A stretch of 64,000 nt of DNA from Blepharisma stoltei ATCC 30299. Taxonomy: Eukaryota; Protista; Ciliophora. The notes under the pieces are model-generated. The model was not told the origin of the DNA. It did no database searches and worked only from the letters and a program-made list of their open reading frames with translations. Position numbers and translations under genes: made by a program. Shown here one piece after another: positions 27,701 to 42,000 of the stretch. How positions within the stretch are numbered: position 1 is the stretch's first letter; every line of letters begins with the position of its first letter. The stretch spans positions 744,001-808,000 of the forward strand of contig CBFDEM010000051.1 in NCBI GenBank assembly GCA_965603825.1. Direction: 5' to 3'.

Positions 27701-29172
27701 TAATGGACTCCATCGTCTAGTAATACGACAACCGAATATTTAGTATTTATTACAGTCAATGCAAGGGCCAAAGACTCAAAAGGATTTTCATAAGTTCCAT
27801 TACCTCCAGCTTCATCATCCGTATTAAGCGACGTCACATAATAATAAGTTGGATTTTCAGACGACGACTCATCATCAGAAGGCAAACACAGAGGATAGGT
27901 TCCTGCAATTAGCTTAGCTGAATATCCACAAGGACAAGCCTTTAAGCAATACCCATAAAACTGATAATAAGAATCTTTACACGTATAGCACTGCCCATCA
28001 TTTTCTCCATAGCAATATTTACAATTTTTATCGCTGCATTGATTTTCTATTTCAGGCTCACAATTAAGCCAAGAATAAGCACATTGGTTAGTGTCACAAT
28101 TTTTTTGGCAACTATTCTGGCTATTTAAAAGAATTTCTGTATTGCAATTTAGTTCTGCGCAGCTGCTTATGCTTTGGACAGTTGATAAAGAGTAACTAAC
28201 CAGCTGCAAATGCATATAGAATAGCATTAAAGTTGTATTTTTGCATTGTTTAGCTGTATCTGAGCTAAATTGATCATAATAGCAATCTGCTGTCATGCAG
28301 TTTTCATTGCATTGGCCATACATGGTATAATTACAGCCCGTGGCGCATTGACAATCATCTCCATCATAGCCACAGCTAGCTACTCAGCACGCATCTTGGC
28401 AAATACCATCATTTATATTTTTATTGAAGCAGCCACTATTACAATCTCCACAATAATAGTTATCATATAAGCAAGCAGCATTACTACACTCTGCATCACA
28501 TTGATAATTATTTAGCATCTCTGCCGAACATCCAGGAGCGCAGTCACAGTCTGTTCTGTCATAATTGCATTCTTCAACATAGCAAAATTCATTGCAGACT
28601 CCATCATTTATCATTCACGAGTAACAGCCATCTGCACAAGTGCTATTATCACAGTCCCCAAAATCAAAATTACATTCAGCATTATTACAATCTTCGTTAC
28701 AAATTCCATCACCTAAAATTGAATATATACAATTTTCACTGCATTCTTGACAGTAACTTTCACCGTGATAGCAACTAGTAGTATTACATGATGAGTAGCA
28801 GGCACTTCCGAGCATATCTTGATAGCCTGAATTATTTTTACAATTATTATTACAATACCCACAGTCTCCTAAATCTCAGCCGCATTCAGCATAATTGCAA
28901 GCATTATCACAAATCCCGTTGCCTAATAAGTTAAGGTCACAGCCATTATAATAAACGCAATCAAAAAAGCAGTCAGAATTAGAAAAATTAAATGCTTGTA
29001 AAGACCCTGCGGCGTCATAATTGCAATATTCGGTCATGCAATTTATGTCACAATAGCTGTCTCCTTTCTAAATGATAGTTACATAAGAATCTGGGCACCA
29101 ATTCTTATTGCAAGTTATGAGCGAGCCGCTTGTAAAAGGAAGAAAATAAAACGCAGTAAAAAGAAGCAGCAT
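21742..29172 (-). CDS. Giant LNR / beta-helix / multi-TM surface protein, copy D (~2471 aa; intron 29068-29082)
   Basis: ATG at 29172 (MLLLFTAFYFLPFTSG). Fragments are in one frame. The gaps read by hand (26461-26700, 27301-27670) contain only TGA, e.g. GM(TGA)DFTK versus GMWDFTK in A/C. Confidence 0.9.
29068..29082 (-). other. 15-nt intron (GTAACTATCATTTAG)
   Basis: GT..AG, 15 nt, homologous position, in-frame TAG. Confidence 0.92.
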
Positions 29173-29865
29173 ATTTTATATTATAAGCAGATTGTATTTA
29201 CTATTGTATTTAAGCATAAATACTAAATTAACTGCTAAGCAATATTTTTTATTTATTTGCAAATTTCAATTATTCTGTTTTCTGGATAATTTTTCAAAGC
29301 TTTTGATATGGTTTATTGTATAAAGCTATCAAAAGAATCTATCCATACGAATCAAGGAAGTAATAGAAGTAGATAGAGTTTTCTGATCTCAAGATATTTT
29401 CAGAATGTGAGGCACAACTATTTAGCACCTAATTGAAAGATACCTTTATTAGAGAGAAAAGCTTCGGCTAATGTAATGAGAGCATTTAAATATATTAAGA
29501 ATAATTTAATTTGGCCAGATTTCGTAAAATTGATTTTGTAAGAATCTATTGTATATACTGTCTAGTATCAAATTTTAACTTTCTCATGACTAAGATGCTA
29601 AAAGATTTTCAATTTAATAAAATAATTTTGGTTTAAATATTATTTCTTACCTATAAATATCAAGAGTTATAATTATTATATTGTTTACAAAATCGATAAA
29701 AAATTAATAAATTATTTTAATAGAAAATGCACGAATTTTTTGATAGCATTTTTACACTAGCTTTTGCATTTTAATAATTTTATTATAAAATTTAAATAAA
29801 TTTGTAAGCTTTTCATATTATCTAAATTAGATCATAAGCCTGAAGAGCAAATCATCATAGCCCTT

Positions 29866-30052
29866 TTAAGTATTTGATGCCTTCGCATTAAGACTGCAGA
29901 TCTAGAAGGTAGATGCGGATTTAATAATTTTTATTTTAAAAATTTCACTATATACAATGATCGTACTTTAAATCAATATTTTCCTCTCTATTTTTGTTTT
30001 CCTGTTTATTTTCCGCAGCACATAAAAATACATTTTACATATCCATATTTAA
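29866..30052 (-). pseudogene. Decayed 3'-end remnant of a seventh, copy-F-like gene
   Basis: gactgcagatctagaaggtagatgcggat...ttttcctctctatttttgtt...ataaaaatac...catatccatatt aligns, with indels, to the copy F 3' end at 39005-39193 (gacttgcagatctagaaggtggaggcggat...ttttcctctctatttttgtt...catatccatatt). Confidence 0.8.
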
Positions 30053-30336
30053 GAAAAGTGGACACAGGATTGTTATTTTTATATTAATTTTTTGCTAATC
30101 AACACGATTATTTATAAGATGCTCTTGCAGCTTCCTTAATCAGTAAGCAAAAATTAAAAATAAGCTGAAAATATTTAATAATTATATATTTCGTATTTAT
30201 AATCTATTTAGCTAGATAAAATGCACAAAAACTTAATAAATAAGCTATTGATACTAATTTTATATTTTTGCATAGAAAATATATTTAAAATTCAAATTAT
30301 TTCCATAAAGGCCAAATATTAACGACTTATATATAA

Positions 30337-33300
30337 TTAATTATTTGAGTTCAGTTGAAAGCTTGCAGATCCTGAAACTGGAAGAGGGCCTGACCAATCT
30401 CCTGTTACACGGTCAGACCATGTATAGTGATTTTCATAAGAAATATTATTATCAGTCTCTTCATTTTGGTTCTCCTTTGAGAAGCTGCTATTGTTTTCCA
30501 TCACATTCAAAAATAAAGTTTTCATGTCCATATTTAGCACTTTTTCTAAATCCTCATCAACAGGCAAAGATGAAAGTAGATCATCATTAGAAATCATTGT
30601 AAAATATCTTTCTCCTTGCCTGGTTTTAATATGATTTAACGCCGTTTTTTCAAAAATATCATCACTAAACCCGTCCATTACTTTTCGACTGAATCTTCTC
30701 CTTAAACATGGAATTAAATTACTTAAGACTTGCAAACTAACTCCAAACATTTTTTTAAGCCAATAGTAAAGGAAATAAATATTTGCTACACAGATTAAAA
30801 TAAAAAAAATAGTTTTTGAATAAAAATCTAAAGACCCAGTCAAGTAATAAAGCCCACAATATATTGTAACAGCCGCTACCAAAATTGAGCGAACTTCCAT
30901 CTCATTTAAAGCATCTCCATCATAAGGCTGCACTATGCTTTGGAAGTAAACGCAAAACAAAAGCAGCATCATGATAGTAAGTGCTTGAATACTTGTAGAA
31001 ATATTTGCTAAAAATACTGAACAACAAACAATAAGGATTTTTCTATATAAGATGACTAATTCCCAATAATAAGATTTTGCCTTATATCCATTAAAAAGAA
31101 ATCCAAATTGAAGCCGGACGCTTATTGAGTCTAAGCGTCGCTTATTTCTTCATAGAAAATATAAAGAAAGAGTTGGAATTCCGATTCCTCAAACTAAAAT
31201 AGAGGGAGCTGCAACAGTTACTGAATAAAATATGTGTCTATCATCCCAACACCTAATATCTAAATTATCTATAAGTCAATATTCTCCTTCTTCTATTTCT
31301 CTACAAGAAAACATCGCAAACATAGATTTGACTAAATTTGGATGATAAAGAAAAAGTAAAATGACAATGGTAGAAGTCAAATCATTTTTAAATGATGTTA
31401 AAGTCTTTTTATAAATTGCCACAGATCCTCAGAATAAAATTGATATAATTGCTATAATTATAGGGATAATACTCATTATAACAAGCTTGCTGAAGTATAC
31501 TTGGTTATTTCCTTGACCTTCATCTAAAAAGCAGTCATAAGAAAAAAATTCTTGACTCACTGATCCAGTGTCATTCTGAACTGAAAAAAGCTGAGATACA
31601 CTCGAAGGCCATTGCAAATGAAAAGTAGTCATTAGCGTAACAAGCTGCAAATAGTTCACAAAAATTTTTATATATATTGACTGTACTGATTTGGGCTTAT
31701 ATGCAGAATTTCTAGTTGTTTTTACCATTATTCCTCATACAATTATCATAACCAATACTATTCCTACTACTTTAAAAGCGTTAGAAACTAGGTCTGGGCA
31801 TTTTCCACAAGTATTAGTGCTTGTTCTTGAGTAGCCACTAGCACATGCTTGGCATAAATTTCCTGTATAGCCTTCATGACAAAGTCCAGTAAAAGAAAGA
31901 TGAGGGGGCAATGGAGATCCTAAACAAGACGAAGGCTTAGGACATTCCATAAAGTTATCTGACATATTATGTGGCCTTCAATATCCTTTTTGTGGTACAA
32001 TAGTATAATTTCCATAACAAGTTGCTGAATGCGATGGGCAAGCTATACATTCAGTGTTTGTAGGATTTAAACTATAATACCCAGGTCCACAAACTTCACA
32101 ATTAACACCTATAGTAGCTTCTCCTACTATACATAGCCGAAGTGTTACATCAACCTTTACAGAAGGAATAAAAGTTGTATCAGTCGAAGCTTTTGACTGT
32201 TTTGAGGTATCTATACCTGCCGACGTTATTTTTATAGAAATGCTTGTTCCTGGCTTAGCTGAGACTATGAAGCTTGTGAAAATGTATAATCCATTAACAG
32301 CTGTCGTTTTTGTGGTCCCTGATATTGTTGTCGAAGTTGAATCCTCAGGGAAAAGTTGGGCTGTGCTTGAGCTATCAGTTGATACAATATTTCCATAATA
32401 ATCAACTAGTACTAGTGTTATATTTTCAGTTGTTATTTGGCCAGATGCTATATTTTCAATTGAGGTTACAGTAGGGATCTCCTCAAGTTTTCTATAATTT
32501 ATTAAATGTCCATCTTTATCAACTGCCATCAATTTTATTGCAAATGAAGAAATTTCTGGAGCATAAGCAGCTTTGTTATCACTAAACGAATTTCCATTTG
32601 TTATTGGGCAAATATCTTCCCAATTTATTCCTCCCCCATTATATTTGGCATAATTTTCTGTAAAGCTATTATATGTGATATTAAACGCACAATTAGTAAA
32701 ATCTGAGCAGGCTAAATTTAATCCTCCTCCATTTCCAGCTGAAGGGCTAGTTCCAACAGCATCACTAGTAGTATTTGCAATATTTCCTACAAATATTGAC
32801 GAGGATACATTTAAACTAACATCATTTGTGTAGATTGCACCTCCCAAAGATGCTGAATTATTCCAAAATAATGATTCTTTTATGACATAAGGACTGCATA
32901 TTTCTATGTCACTTGATGTTGATAAATAGATAGCTCCACCTATTTCAGCAGTGTTTCCTTGGTAATAGCAATTGCATATATACACTGATAAGCAAGAAAT
33001 GCATGCTAATGAACCTCCATTGGTGCCATACCCATTATAGAATTTTGAACCTTTTATAGTAACTGAGTTCATTTTTGATCCATAAATAGCCCCAATCCTA
33101 TAATTTTTCATGACTGTGTCGTAGATTTCTAAACCACTTTCGTAACCGATTATCACCCCTCCTACATCTTTACTATATGAGTCATAAAATCCGCTGTCTT
33201 TTATTAGCAAAGTGCTGCTTGAGTATGACAGAATAGCTCCGCCTCCTCCACTTTTGGCACTATTTTTATTAAAAGTGCCATTATATATATTCACAGTACT

Positions 33301-36300
33301 CGAAATAGAATAAATAGCCCCTGCTGAGTTCGAGCTTACCCCATTTGTAAACGTGGTGTTATAAATATCAGCTGTGCTTTGTGTAGCTGCATATATAAAG
33401 CTGCCTTCCTCTCCACTCTGGCTAGAACACTCAGAGTTTGCTATAGTTGCCTCTGATAGAGTCAAAAGGACTCCAGGAGTAATAAAAGATGCAATATTTT
33501 GAGTTATAGTTGATGATTCAATGTATATAGAAGAATCAAGGAGAGCAATGGTAGCTTCATTTGTCGAATTATTATAAGAAATTGTGGAATCTAAAATTAA
33601 AGAAGCAGGAGTAGTTGACCCTAACATGTAAATTGCTGATCCTTTATTGCTGCACTTATTTTCTTTTATATAAGATTTGGTGATATTAAAAAATGAATTT
33701 TGCTCAACGAAAATTGCGCCGCCTGAAATCTTCGCTGTATTCCTTATAAATGTACAAGCCATACAGTAAAACTTAGAGCCTGATCCTGAAGAAACTGCAC
33801 CTCCACTTTTAATTGCTTCATTATTAGAAAAAATGGTATTTTCACATTTTATAAGCGAAAAATCGTTAAATCTGGCTCCTCCTGAGAATTTTCCTATATT
33901 ATTTGTAATCACAGAGTTTTTATCCTCCCAATAATCATAGTCTAGCTCTATTGGTGTTGCAGCGTTATGAGAAAATATGCAGTTATTAGTAATAATATGT
34001 GAATACATATCAGAGTTTGCCGTATAAATTACTGCTTGACCTGAATTTTCAGTAAAATTAGTCGATTCTATTGTTAGTGTTGAGTACCAGTCCTTATACT
34101 CAGAATCAATTTCTACATGTAGAGATGCACCCAGTCTTCCTATATTTGAAGAAAATTCACAATCTGAAATCAGAAAAAAACCATCAAAAAAATATAATGC
34201 AACAGCTCCAGAATCGCTTGAATTGTTTTCAACAAATTTTGTAGAAGCGATCCATGAGTTACTATTTCGATCAAGCATAACTGAGTTATCTATATAAATT
34301 GCAGCTCCATAAGTAGCACAATTTTGAGAAAAATTTGAATCCTTTATTGAAAAAGTAGCCACCTCAGTCAAAAAACCACTATTTTCCATATAAATGGCTC
34401 CGCCTGAAAATATTCCTACAAAATTATTGAAAAAATTGCATGAATCTATTGAGACTGACATCAATCCACTTCCTGTTTGCTCAATATATATCGCCCCTCC
34501 TTTTAAAGGCGACGAATTTCAGCTAAAATCATCATTTTCTAGCAAAAGAGATTTTCCAGAAAACAAAAGTCCTCCTCCTTTACTGCCAATGTTCCACTGG
34601 AAATTTGTGTCTTTTATTTGCATGACTAATATATTTCCCTTGGCATAAATCGTCCCATAGCCTTCATTTGCCATATTCAAACTTGTATATACGGTTGAGC
34701 CTATAATATCAGTTTGATTACCTCCATTTATATACAAAATAGTTGGATAATCAGCTGAGTTGCCTATATTGCGTTCAAAAATCACATCATTTAAAAGTGT
34801 AATATTTGTGTTATTTATCCATAAGAAAGGTGTTGAAAAAGTTGCGAAATTATTAATAATTTTTGAATTTTCAATAGTCAGGTTTATCAATGTATTCATA
34901 AACGCTAAAGATGAAAATTCTATAGATACCGGAGATGTAATTAGGTTTTTTAAATAAATATTGGGATTTGCTTTCCATGCTGAAAATACTAAGCTGTTTA
35001 CAGTATTGCTTATAACTCCATTCGAAGTAATATTAACGTTGCTTAAGTTCAAATTCACAAGTTTTGTAAAATCCCACATCCCTGAGCCTCCTGAGTTATT
35101 ATTGGCAAAATTTATTGCACCCCAATTAAAAGTCCTATATTTTTTATAAGCACGCACCTTATTGCCATTAGACGCTGTTACAATAGAAGTCTGACCAAAA
35201 ATATAATTATCAAGGATAACTGCATTTGATATATAGACTAATGCTCCTTTTTCAGCCCCATTATATTCAATAGTTACATTGCTTCAATAAATATTCTGCA
35301 GCTCAGTTTGGTATTGAGCTGCAAAAATTCCATAATAAAATCCATAATTATGAGAAAATATTGTGTCTTCAATATCCACATGTTCCATAAAATAATCTTC
35401 TAATTGATTCTGATGGTTTATTGTTGATTTCAGCTGTAGAGTTATAGGTTTTAAATAAATCAAAGCTGAGTACACCACATTATAAGAAAAAATGCAGGAA
35501 TAAATTGTGAGGCATCTAAAAGTTTCTAGATAAATCAAAGCATCGTCAGCTGCATTTAATGAAGAATAAACAGCATTATTTTCAAAGTTCACTTCTCCAA
35601 TAATCACATCTTGAGCTTTAGCAGCTCAGAAAAATCCTTTTAGTGTCAATGATGAAGAATATTCAAAACCATTATTCAGCCTCGTAACCTTTCCTCAATA
35701 ATACGCAAAGTCCCCACAGCCATAAGTAAATCCAGAAGCATCATCGCAGGTTTGAAATACAACTACAGCAGATCCAGAGCTAGGATTCGTCCTTATGTTA
35801 TCAAAATCAACGCCATAAAGTCAGACACCTCCTCCACTATTAAAAATCAAGGAATTTTCTTCCATTCTTCAATTTTTGAATATAACATTATTCAGATCTA
35901 ATACAGTCCCACTTTGTACCTCAAATAAATTTCAGTTATGGAATTTTTGACATTGGCTTGATTCTGTAAAATTAGTAATTGTGTTTCCTCTGTCATCCTT
36001 ATAGCTACCATCAAATTGTAGACTTACAGATGGGCAATATGAGCAATACTCATCCAAACAGCTATTACGCCCATGAACCCATTCATTTCCATCAAAAATG
36101 ACATTGCTTATACCTAAGTATTCAGTATTTAGGGTCGAAAAAGTCATTATATTTCAGTCAGGCTTTGGCTTAAGATATACAACAGTAGTGTCATTTTCAG
36201 TATTTATAAATAAGAATTTTCTCTGAACTTTAGAATTATAAGGTTTATGAGAGTCTGCTGAGGTAACTGACATGATATTTGTTTTATTCAACTCAGTTAA

Positions 36301-37782
36301 ATAATGGACTCCATCGTTAAGCAATATGACAACTGAATATTTAGTATTTATTACAGTCAATGCAAGCGCTAAAGACTCAAACGGATTTTCATAAGTTCCA
36401 TTTCCTCCAGCTTCATCATCCGTATTAAGCGACGTCACATAATAAAAAGTTGGATTCAAAGCCGTTGAGTTATCATCTTTATGGTCAGAAGGCAAACACA
36501 GAGGATAAGTGTCTGCAATTAATTTAGCTGAATATCCGCAAGGGCAAGCCTTTACACAATATCCATAAAACTGATAATAAGAATCTTTACACGTATAGCA
36601 CTGTCCATCATTTTCTCCATAACAATATTTGCAATTTTTATCACTGCATTGATATTTTATTTCAGGTTCACAATTAAGCCAAGAATAAGCACATTGGCTA
36701 GAGTCGCAGTTTTTTATACAACTATCCTGACTACTAAATAGCATTTCTGTATTGCAATTTAGTGATGCACAGTTGTCTATGCTTTGGAAAGTTGATAAAG
36801 AGTAACTAACCAGCTGCAAATGCATATAGAATAGCATTAAAGTTGTATTTTTGCATTGTTTAGATGGATCTGAGCTAAATTGGTCATAATAGCAATCTGC
36901 TATCATGCAGTTTTCATTGCATTGGCCATAAATGGTATGATTACAGCCTGTGGTACATTGGCAATCATGCCCATCATAGTCACAGCTAGCTACTCAGCAT
37001 GAAGCTTGGCAAACACCATTATTTATATCTTTATTAAAGCAGCCACTATTGCATTCCCCACAAAAATAATTATCGTATGCACAACTAATATCATCACATT
37101 CAGGATCACATTGAAAATTATTTAACATCTCTGCCGAACATCCAGGAGCACAGTCGCAGTCTGTTCCGTCATAATCGCACTCTTCAACATAGCAAAATGG
37201 ACTGCAGACTCCATCATTTATCATTCACCAGTAGCAGCCATCTGCGCATGTGCTATTTTCACAGTCCCCAAAATCAAAATTACAGTCAGCATTATTACAA
37301 ACCTTGTCGCAAATTCCGTTACCTAATAGAGAAGATGTACAGTTTATGCTGCATTCTTGACAATAACTTTCGCCGCTATAGCAACTATCAGTATTGCATG
37401 ATGAGTAGCAAGCATTTCCGAGCATATCTTGATAGCCTGAATTATTTTTACAAGAATTATTACAATATCCACAGTCTCCTAAATCTCAGCCGCATTCAGC
37501 ATAATTGCAAGTGATATCACAAATTCCGTTGCCTAATAAGCCAGGGTCACAGCCATTATAATAAACGCACTCAAAATAGCAGTCAGAATTTGAAAAATCA
37601 AATGCTTGCAAAGATCCTGAGGCGTCATAATTGCAATATTCAGTCATACAATTTGTATCGCAGTAGCTGTCACCTTTCTATATGATAATTACATAAGAAT
37701 CCGGGCATCAATTCTTGTTGCAAGTTATGAGTGAGCCACTTACAAAAGAAAGAAAATAAAACGCAGTAAAAACAATTAGCAT
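30337..37782 (-). CDS. Giant LNR / beta-helix / multi-TM surface protein, copy E (~2476 aa; intron 37678-37692)
   Basis: ATG at 37782 (MLIVFTAFYFLSFVSG). Fragments are in one frame. Closest to copy D. Confidence 0.9.
37678..37692 (-). other. 15-nt intron (GTAATTATCATATAG)
   Basis: GT..AG, 15 nt, homologous position, in-frame TAG. Confidence 0.92.
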
Positions 37783-39004
37783 ATTTTATATTATAAAAAA
37801 GATTACATATGTTATCATATTTGTACATAAATACTAAATTAACTGCTAAGAAATATTTCTTATTTTTTTATAAAATTCAAGCTTGCTATGTTTTCGATAT
37901 AGTTTACTCTTCACTTCTAATAGGTTTTATTAAAATAGAGTTCAAATTATCAAAAGAGCTTGCTTACATGAATCAAGGGAATAGAAGTAGAAGATAAATT
38001 TTCTGATTTCAAAACATTTTCAAGATGTAAGACTTATTTATTTAGCATAGGACCGATGATGCCATTATGTACAGAGCAAATTTGAAGAAGGGCGTCATAA
38101 AATGATAAGAATAGTTTAATTTTTGTAAAAAATGGGTTCTAGATCGAATTTCTTACTAAAGAAATTTAGAATATAATTCTAAAAAATAATGATGTTTATT
38201 ATAAAAAATATTAAGAAAAATTCTAAATTTATCATCAGCGAGGCGATTCGCTTGCTTTATATTTTAATAATTTTATTATAAAGTCCTAGAAAAATTAATA
38301 AATAAATTTCTTCTATTCCAATATTAATTAGAAAATTTATAATTTATAAATAAAGAGGATTATTCATAGCACCTAAACTTTATTTATTGATCTCTAATTA
38401 ATAAAAGTGTATTTTTATAAAAAAATTAAAAAAAAATCAATTGAGTTGAAAACAAAAATAAAGTTAGCAGAGAGCGCTTTAGTTTAATGCTTTATTTTAA
38501 CACCCATCTTGCTTATAATAAAAAATAAGTAGATAACCTTGCTATACTATTATAAAGAGTAAATTGGTTAATTCATTTCATTGAAATAATTTCAATGGGC
38601 TTATATATGAAAAAAATAAAGCTATATATTGAATATAACTAATTTGTCTTCAGATCGAAAATATATAATTTTTAAAAAGTCCATATATTTATTTAATCCT
38701 TTAAAATTTGTGCTAAGAAAGTATCATTTTTAAAATATAATTAAAAATGTAAAATTTACTAGCGTAATTATTCTGCTTGTAGGATTTTATTCCATTCCAA
38801 TAGAATGATTTCACACTTAAGGAATTCATTTTACAATAATTAGATTATAATATATAATGGTCATAAGAACAGTGAATTAATTTAAATTAATTTTTTTTCT
38901 AGTTCATCTATATAAAGCAATCTAGGTTTTTTTGTTTAAAAATTATTATGGAAATCATATATATTATAAAACAATTGAAATTTTTAATATTAAGGCTAAT
39001 CTAT

Positions 39005-42000
39005 TTAATTATTTAATGTCTTCAAATTTAGACTTGCAGATCTAGAAGGTGGAGGCGGATCTAATAGATCTTCACTTTGGTAGTTGCACCAAGTACAATG
39101 ATTTTCATACTTAGAATCATGATTTTCCTCTCTATTTTTGTTCTCCAATTTATTTTCCACAACTGATAAAAATACTTTTTTCATATCCATATTCATCATA
39201 TTTTCCAGCTCTTCATCAGCAGGTAAAGCTGACATTGGATTACTATTAGAAATAATTGAAAAATATTTTTCTCCTTGCTTTAATTTCACATGATTTATAT
39301 CAGAATTTTCAAAAATATCATCACTAAACCCATCCATCACTTTATGGCTAAATCTTCTTCTTAAGCATGGAATTAAATCAGTTAAGATTTGAAAACCAGC
39401 CCCAAACATTTTTTTAAGCCAATAATAAAGGAAATAAATATTGGCTCCACAGATTAAAATAAAAAAAACAGTTTTCGATACAGAATCCAAAGATCCAGTC
39501 AAATAATAAAGTCCACAATATATTGTAACAGCCGCTACCAAAATGGACCGGATTTCCATCTGGTTTAAAGCATTTCCATCATAAGGCTGCGCATCATTTT
39601 GGAAATAAAGGCACAGCAAAAGCAGTATCATTACAGTTAATGCTTGAATACTTGTCGAAATATTTGCCAAAAACACTGAGCAGCAAACAATAAGGATTTT
39701 TCTATATAAAATAACAAATTCCCAATAATAAGATTTTGCTTTATACCCATTAAAAAGAAACCCGAACTGAAGCCTGACACTAATTGAGTCTAATTTTCTT
39801 TTGTTTCTTCATAGAAAATATAAAGAAACAGTCGGAATTCCGATTCCTCAAACTATAATAGAAGGCACTGCAACTGTCAAAGAATAAAATACATGTTTAC
39901 TGTCCCAGCACCTTATATCTAAATCCTGTACAAGCCAATATTCCCCTTTTTCTATTTCTCTACACGAGAACACATAAAACATGGATTTCACTAAATTTGG
40001 GTGAAAAAGAAACAGTAAAATGACTATTGTAGAAATTAAATCATTTTTAAATGATTTTAGCGTCTTTTTATAAATCGCGACACAGCCCCAAATTAAGACT
40101 GAGATTAGTGCGATAATTATAGGAATAATAGCCATTATAATAAGTTTGTTGAAATATACTTGGTCATTTCCTTGGCCCGTGTCTAAAAAGCAGTCAAAAG
40201 AAAAAACTTGTTCGCTTACTGATCCTGTGTCGTTTTGAATAGAAAAAAGCTGATTTACGCTGGAGGGTCATTGTAAATCAAAAGTAGTCATTAGCATCAC
40301 AAGCTGCAAATAATTCACAAAAATTTTTATATATATAGATTGCACTGATTTCGGCTTATATGCAGAATTCCTGGTCGTTTTTACCATTATTCCACATATA
40401 AGAACTACAGCAAACATTATTCCTATCACTTTAAAAGCGTTAGAAACTGCATCTGGGCATTTTCCACAAGTATTTGTGCTGGTTCTTGAATAGCCTTCCT
40501 CGCAAGCCTGACATAAATTTCCTTTGTATCCTTCATGGCAAAGCCCAGTAAAAGAAAGATTAGGAGGCAATGGGGAGCCTAAACAAGCTGAAGATTTCGG
40601 ACAGGCAATAAAATTATCTGACATATTATTTGACCTCCAGTATCCCTTTTGCGGGACAATTGTATAGTTTCCATAACAAGTTGCTGAATGTGACGGGCAT
40701 GCTAAACATTGAGTATTTAAAGGGTCTAAGCTATAATACCCAGCCCCACAGACTTCACAGTCAACACCTACAGTGGCTTCTCCTACTACGCATAGTCGAA
40801 GAGAGACGACAACATTTACAGAAGGAATAAAAGTTGCATCAGTCGCTATTTTCGACTCTTTTGTGGTATCTATACCAGATGAGGTGATTTTTACTGAAAT
40901 GCTTGTTCCTGGTTCTGCTGAGACTATAAAACTGTCAAAGTAATAGAGCCCATTAGCAGCTGTTGTTTTAGTAGTTCCTGAGAGGGTAGTTGAGGTAGAG
41001 TTTTCAGGGAAAAGCTGGGCTGTGCTTGAGCTATCAGTTGCTACAATGTTTCCATAATAATCAACTAATGCTAGTGTAATACTTTTAGTAGTTTCTTGAC
41101 CAGATGCTATATTATCAATTGAAGTCGCAGTAGGGATCTCATCAAGCCTCCTCCCATAGTCAATTAAATCCCCATTATCATCAACCGCCATCAATTTTAT
41201 AGCAAATGAAGCAATATCTGGTGCATATTCAGCTTCATTACTACTAAAAGAGTTCCCATACGCGATTGGACAAATATCTTCCCAATTAAATCCTCCCCCG
41301 TTATATTTGGCATAATTTTTAACAAAACTGTTATAGGTGATATTAAATACACAAGTCGTAAAATCTGAGCAGGCTAAGTTTAAGCCCCCTCCATTTCCAG
41401 TCGACGGGGTGGTGCCGATTATATCGTCAGTCGTATTTGCGATATTTCCTACAAATACTGAAGAAGATACATTTAAGCTGACATCATTTGCATATATACC
41501 GCCTCCCAATGATGCTGAATTATTCCAAAATTCTGATTCTTTTATGATATAAGGACTGTCTATTTCTGTGTCGCTTGATGTTGATAAATAAATAGCCCCG
41601 CCTGTTTCCGCAGTGTTTCCTTGATAATAGCAGTTATATATTAAAACTGATTCACAAGAAACGCAGGTCAATGAGCCTCCATTGGTGCCAATCCCATTAT
41701 AAAATTTTGAGTCTTTTATATACACAGAATTCATTTTAGACCCATAAATAGCCCCTACCTTATAATTTTTCATGACTGTGTTATAGATATTTAAATCACT
41801 TTCGTAGCCAATTATAACCCCTCCTACATCTTTGCTGTAAGAATTATAAAATGCGCTATTGTTTATGAGCAAAGTGCTGCTTGAGTAAGACAATATTACC
41901 CCGCCTCCTCCACTTTTGGCACTATTTCTATTAAAAGTGCCATTATATATATTTACAGTACTGGAAATAGAAAAAATAGACCCTGCTGAGCTTGTGCTTA

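Noticed and set aside
37809-37997. 62-aa plus-strand ORF upstream of copy E
   Set aside because: Very AT-rich and low-complexity; lies in flank homologous to the non-coding region upstream of copy D and has no recognisable features.
38579-38597. Inverted repeat CATTGAAAT-A-ATTTCAATG
   Set aside because: A single 9-bp-arm AT-rich palindrome, not seen in the other intergenic spacers; plausible by chance.
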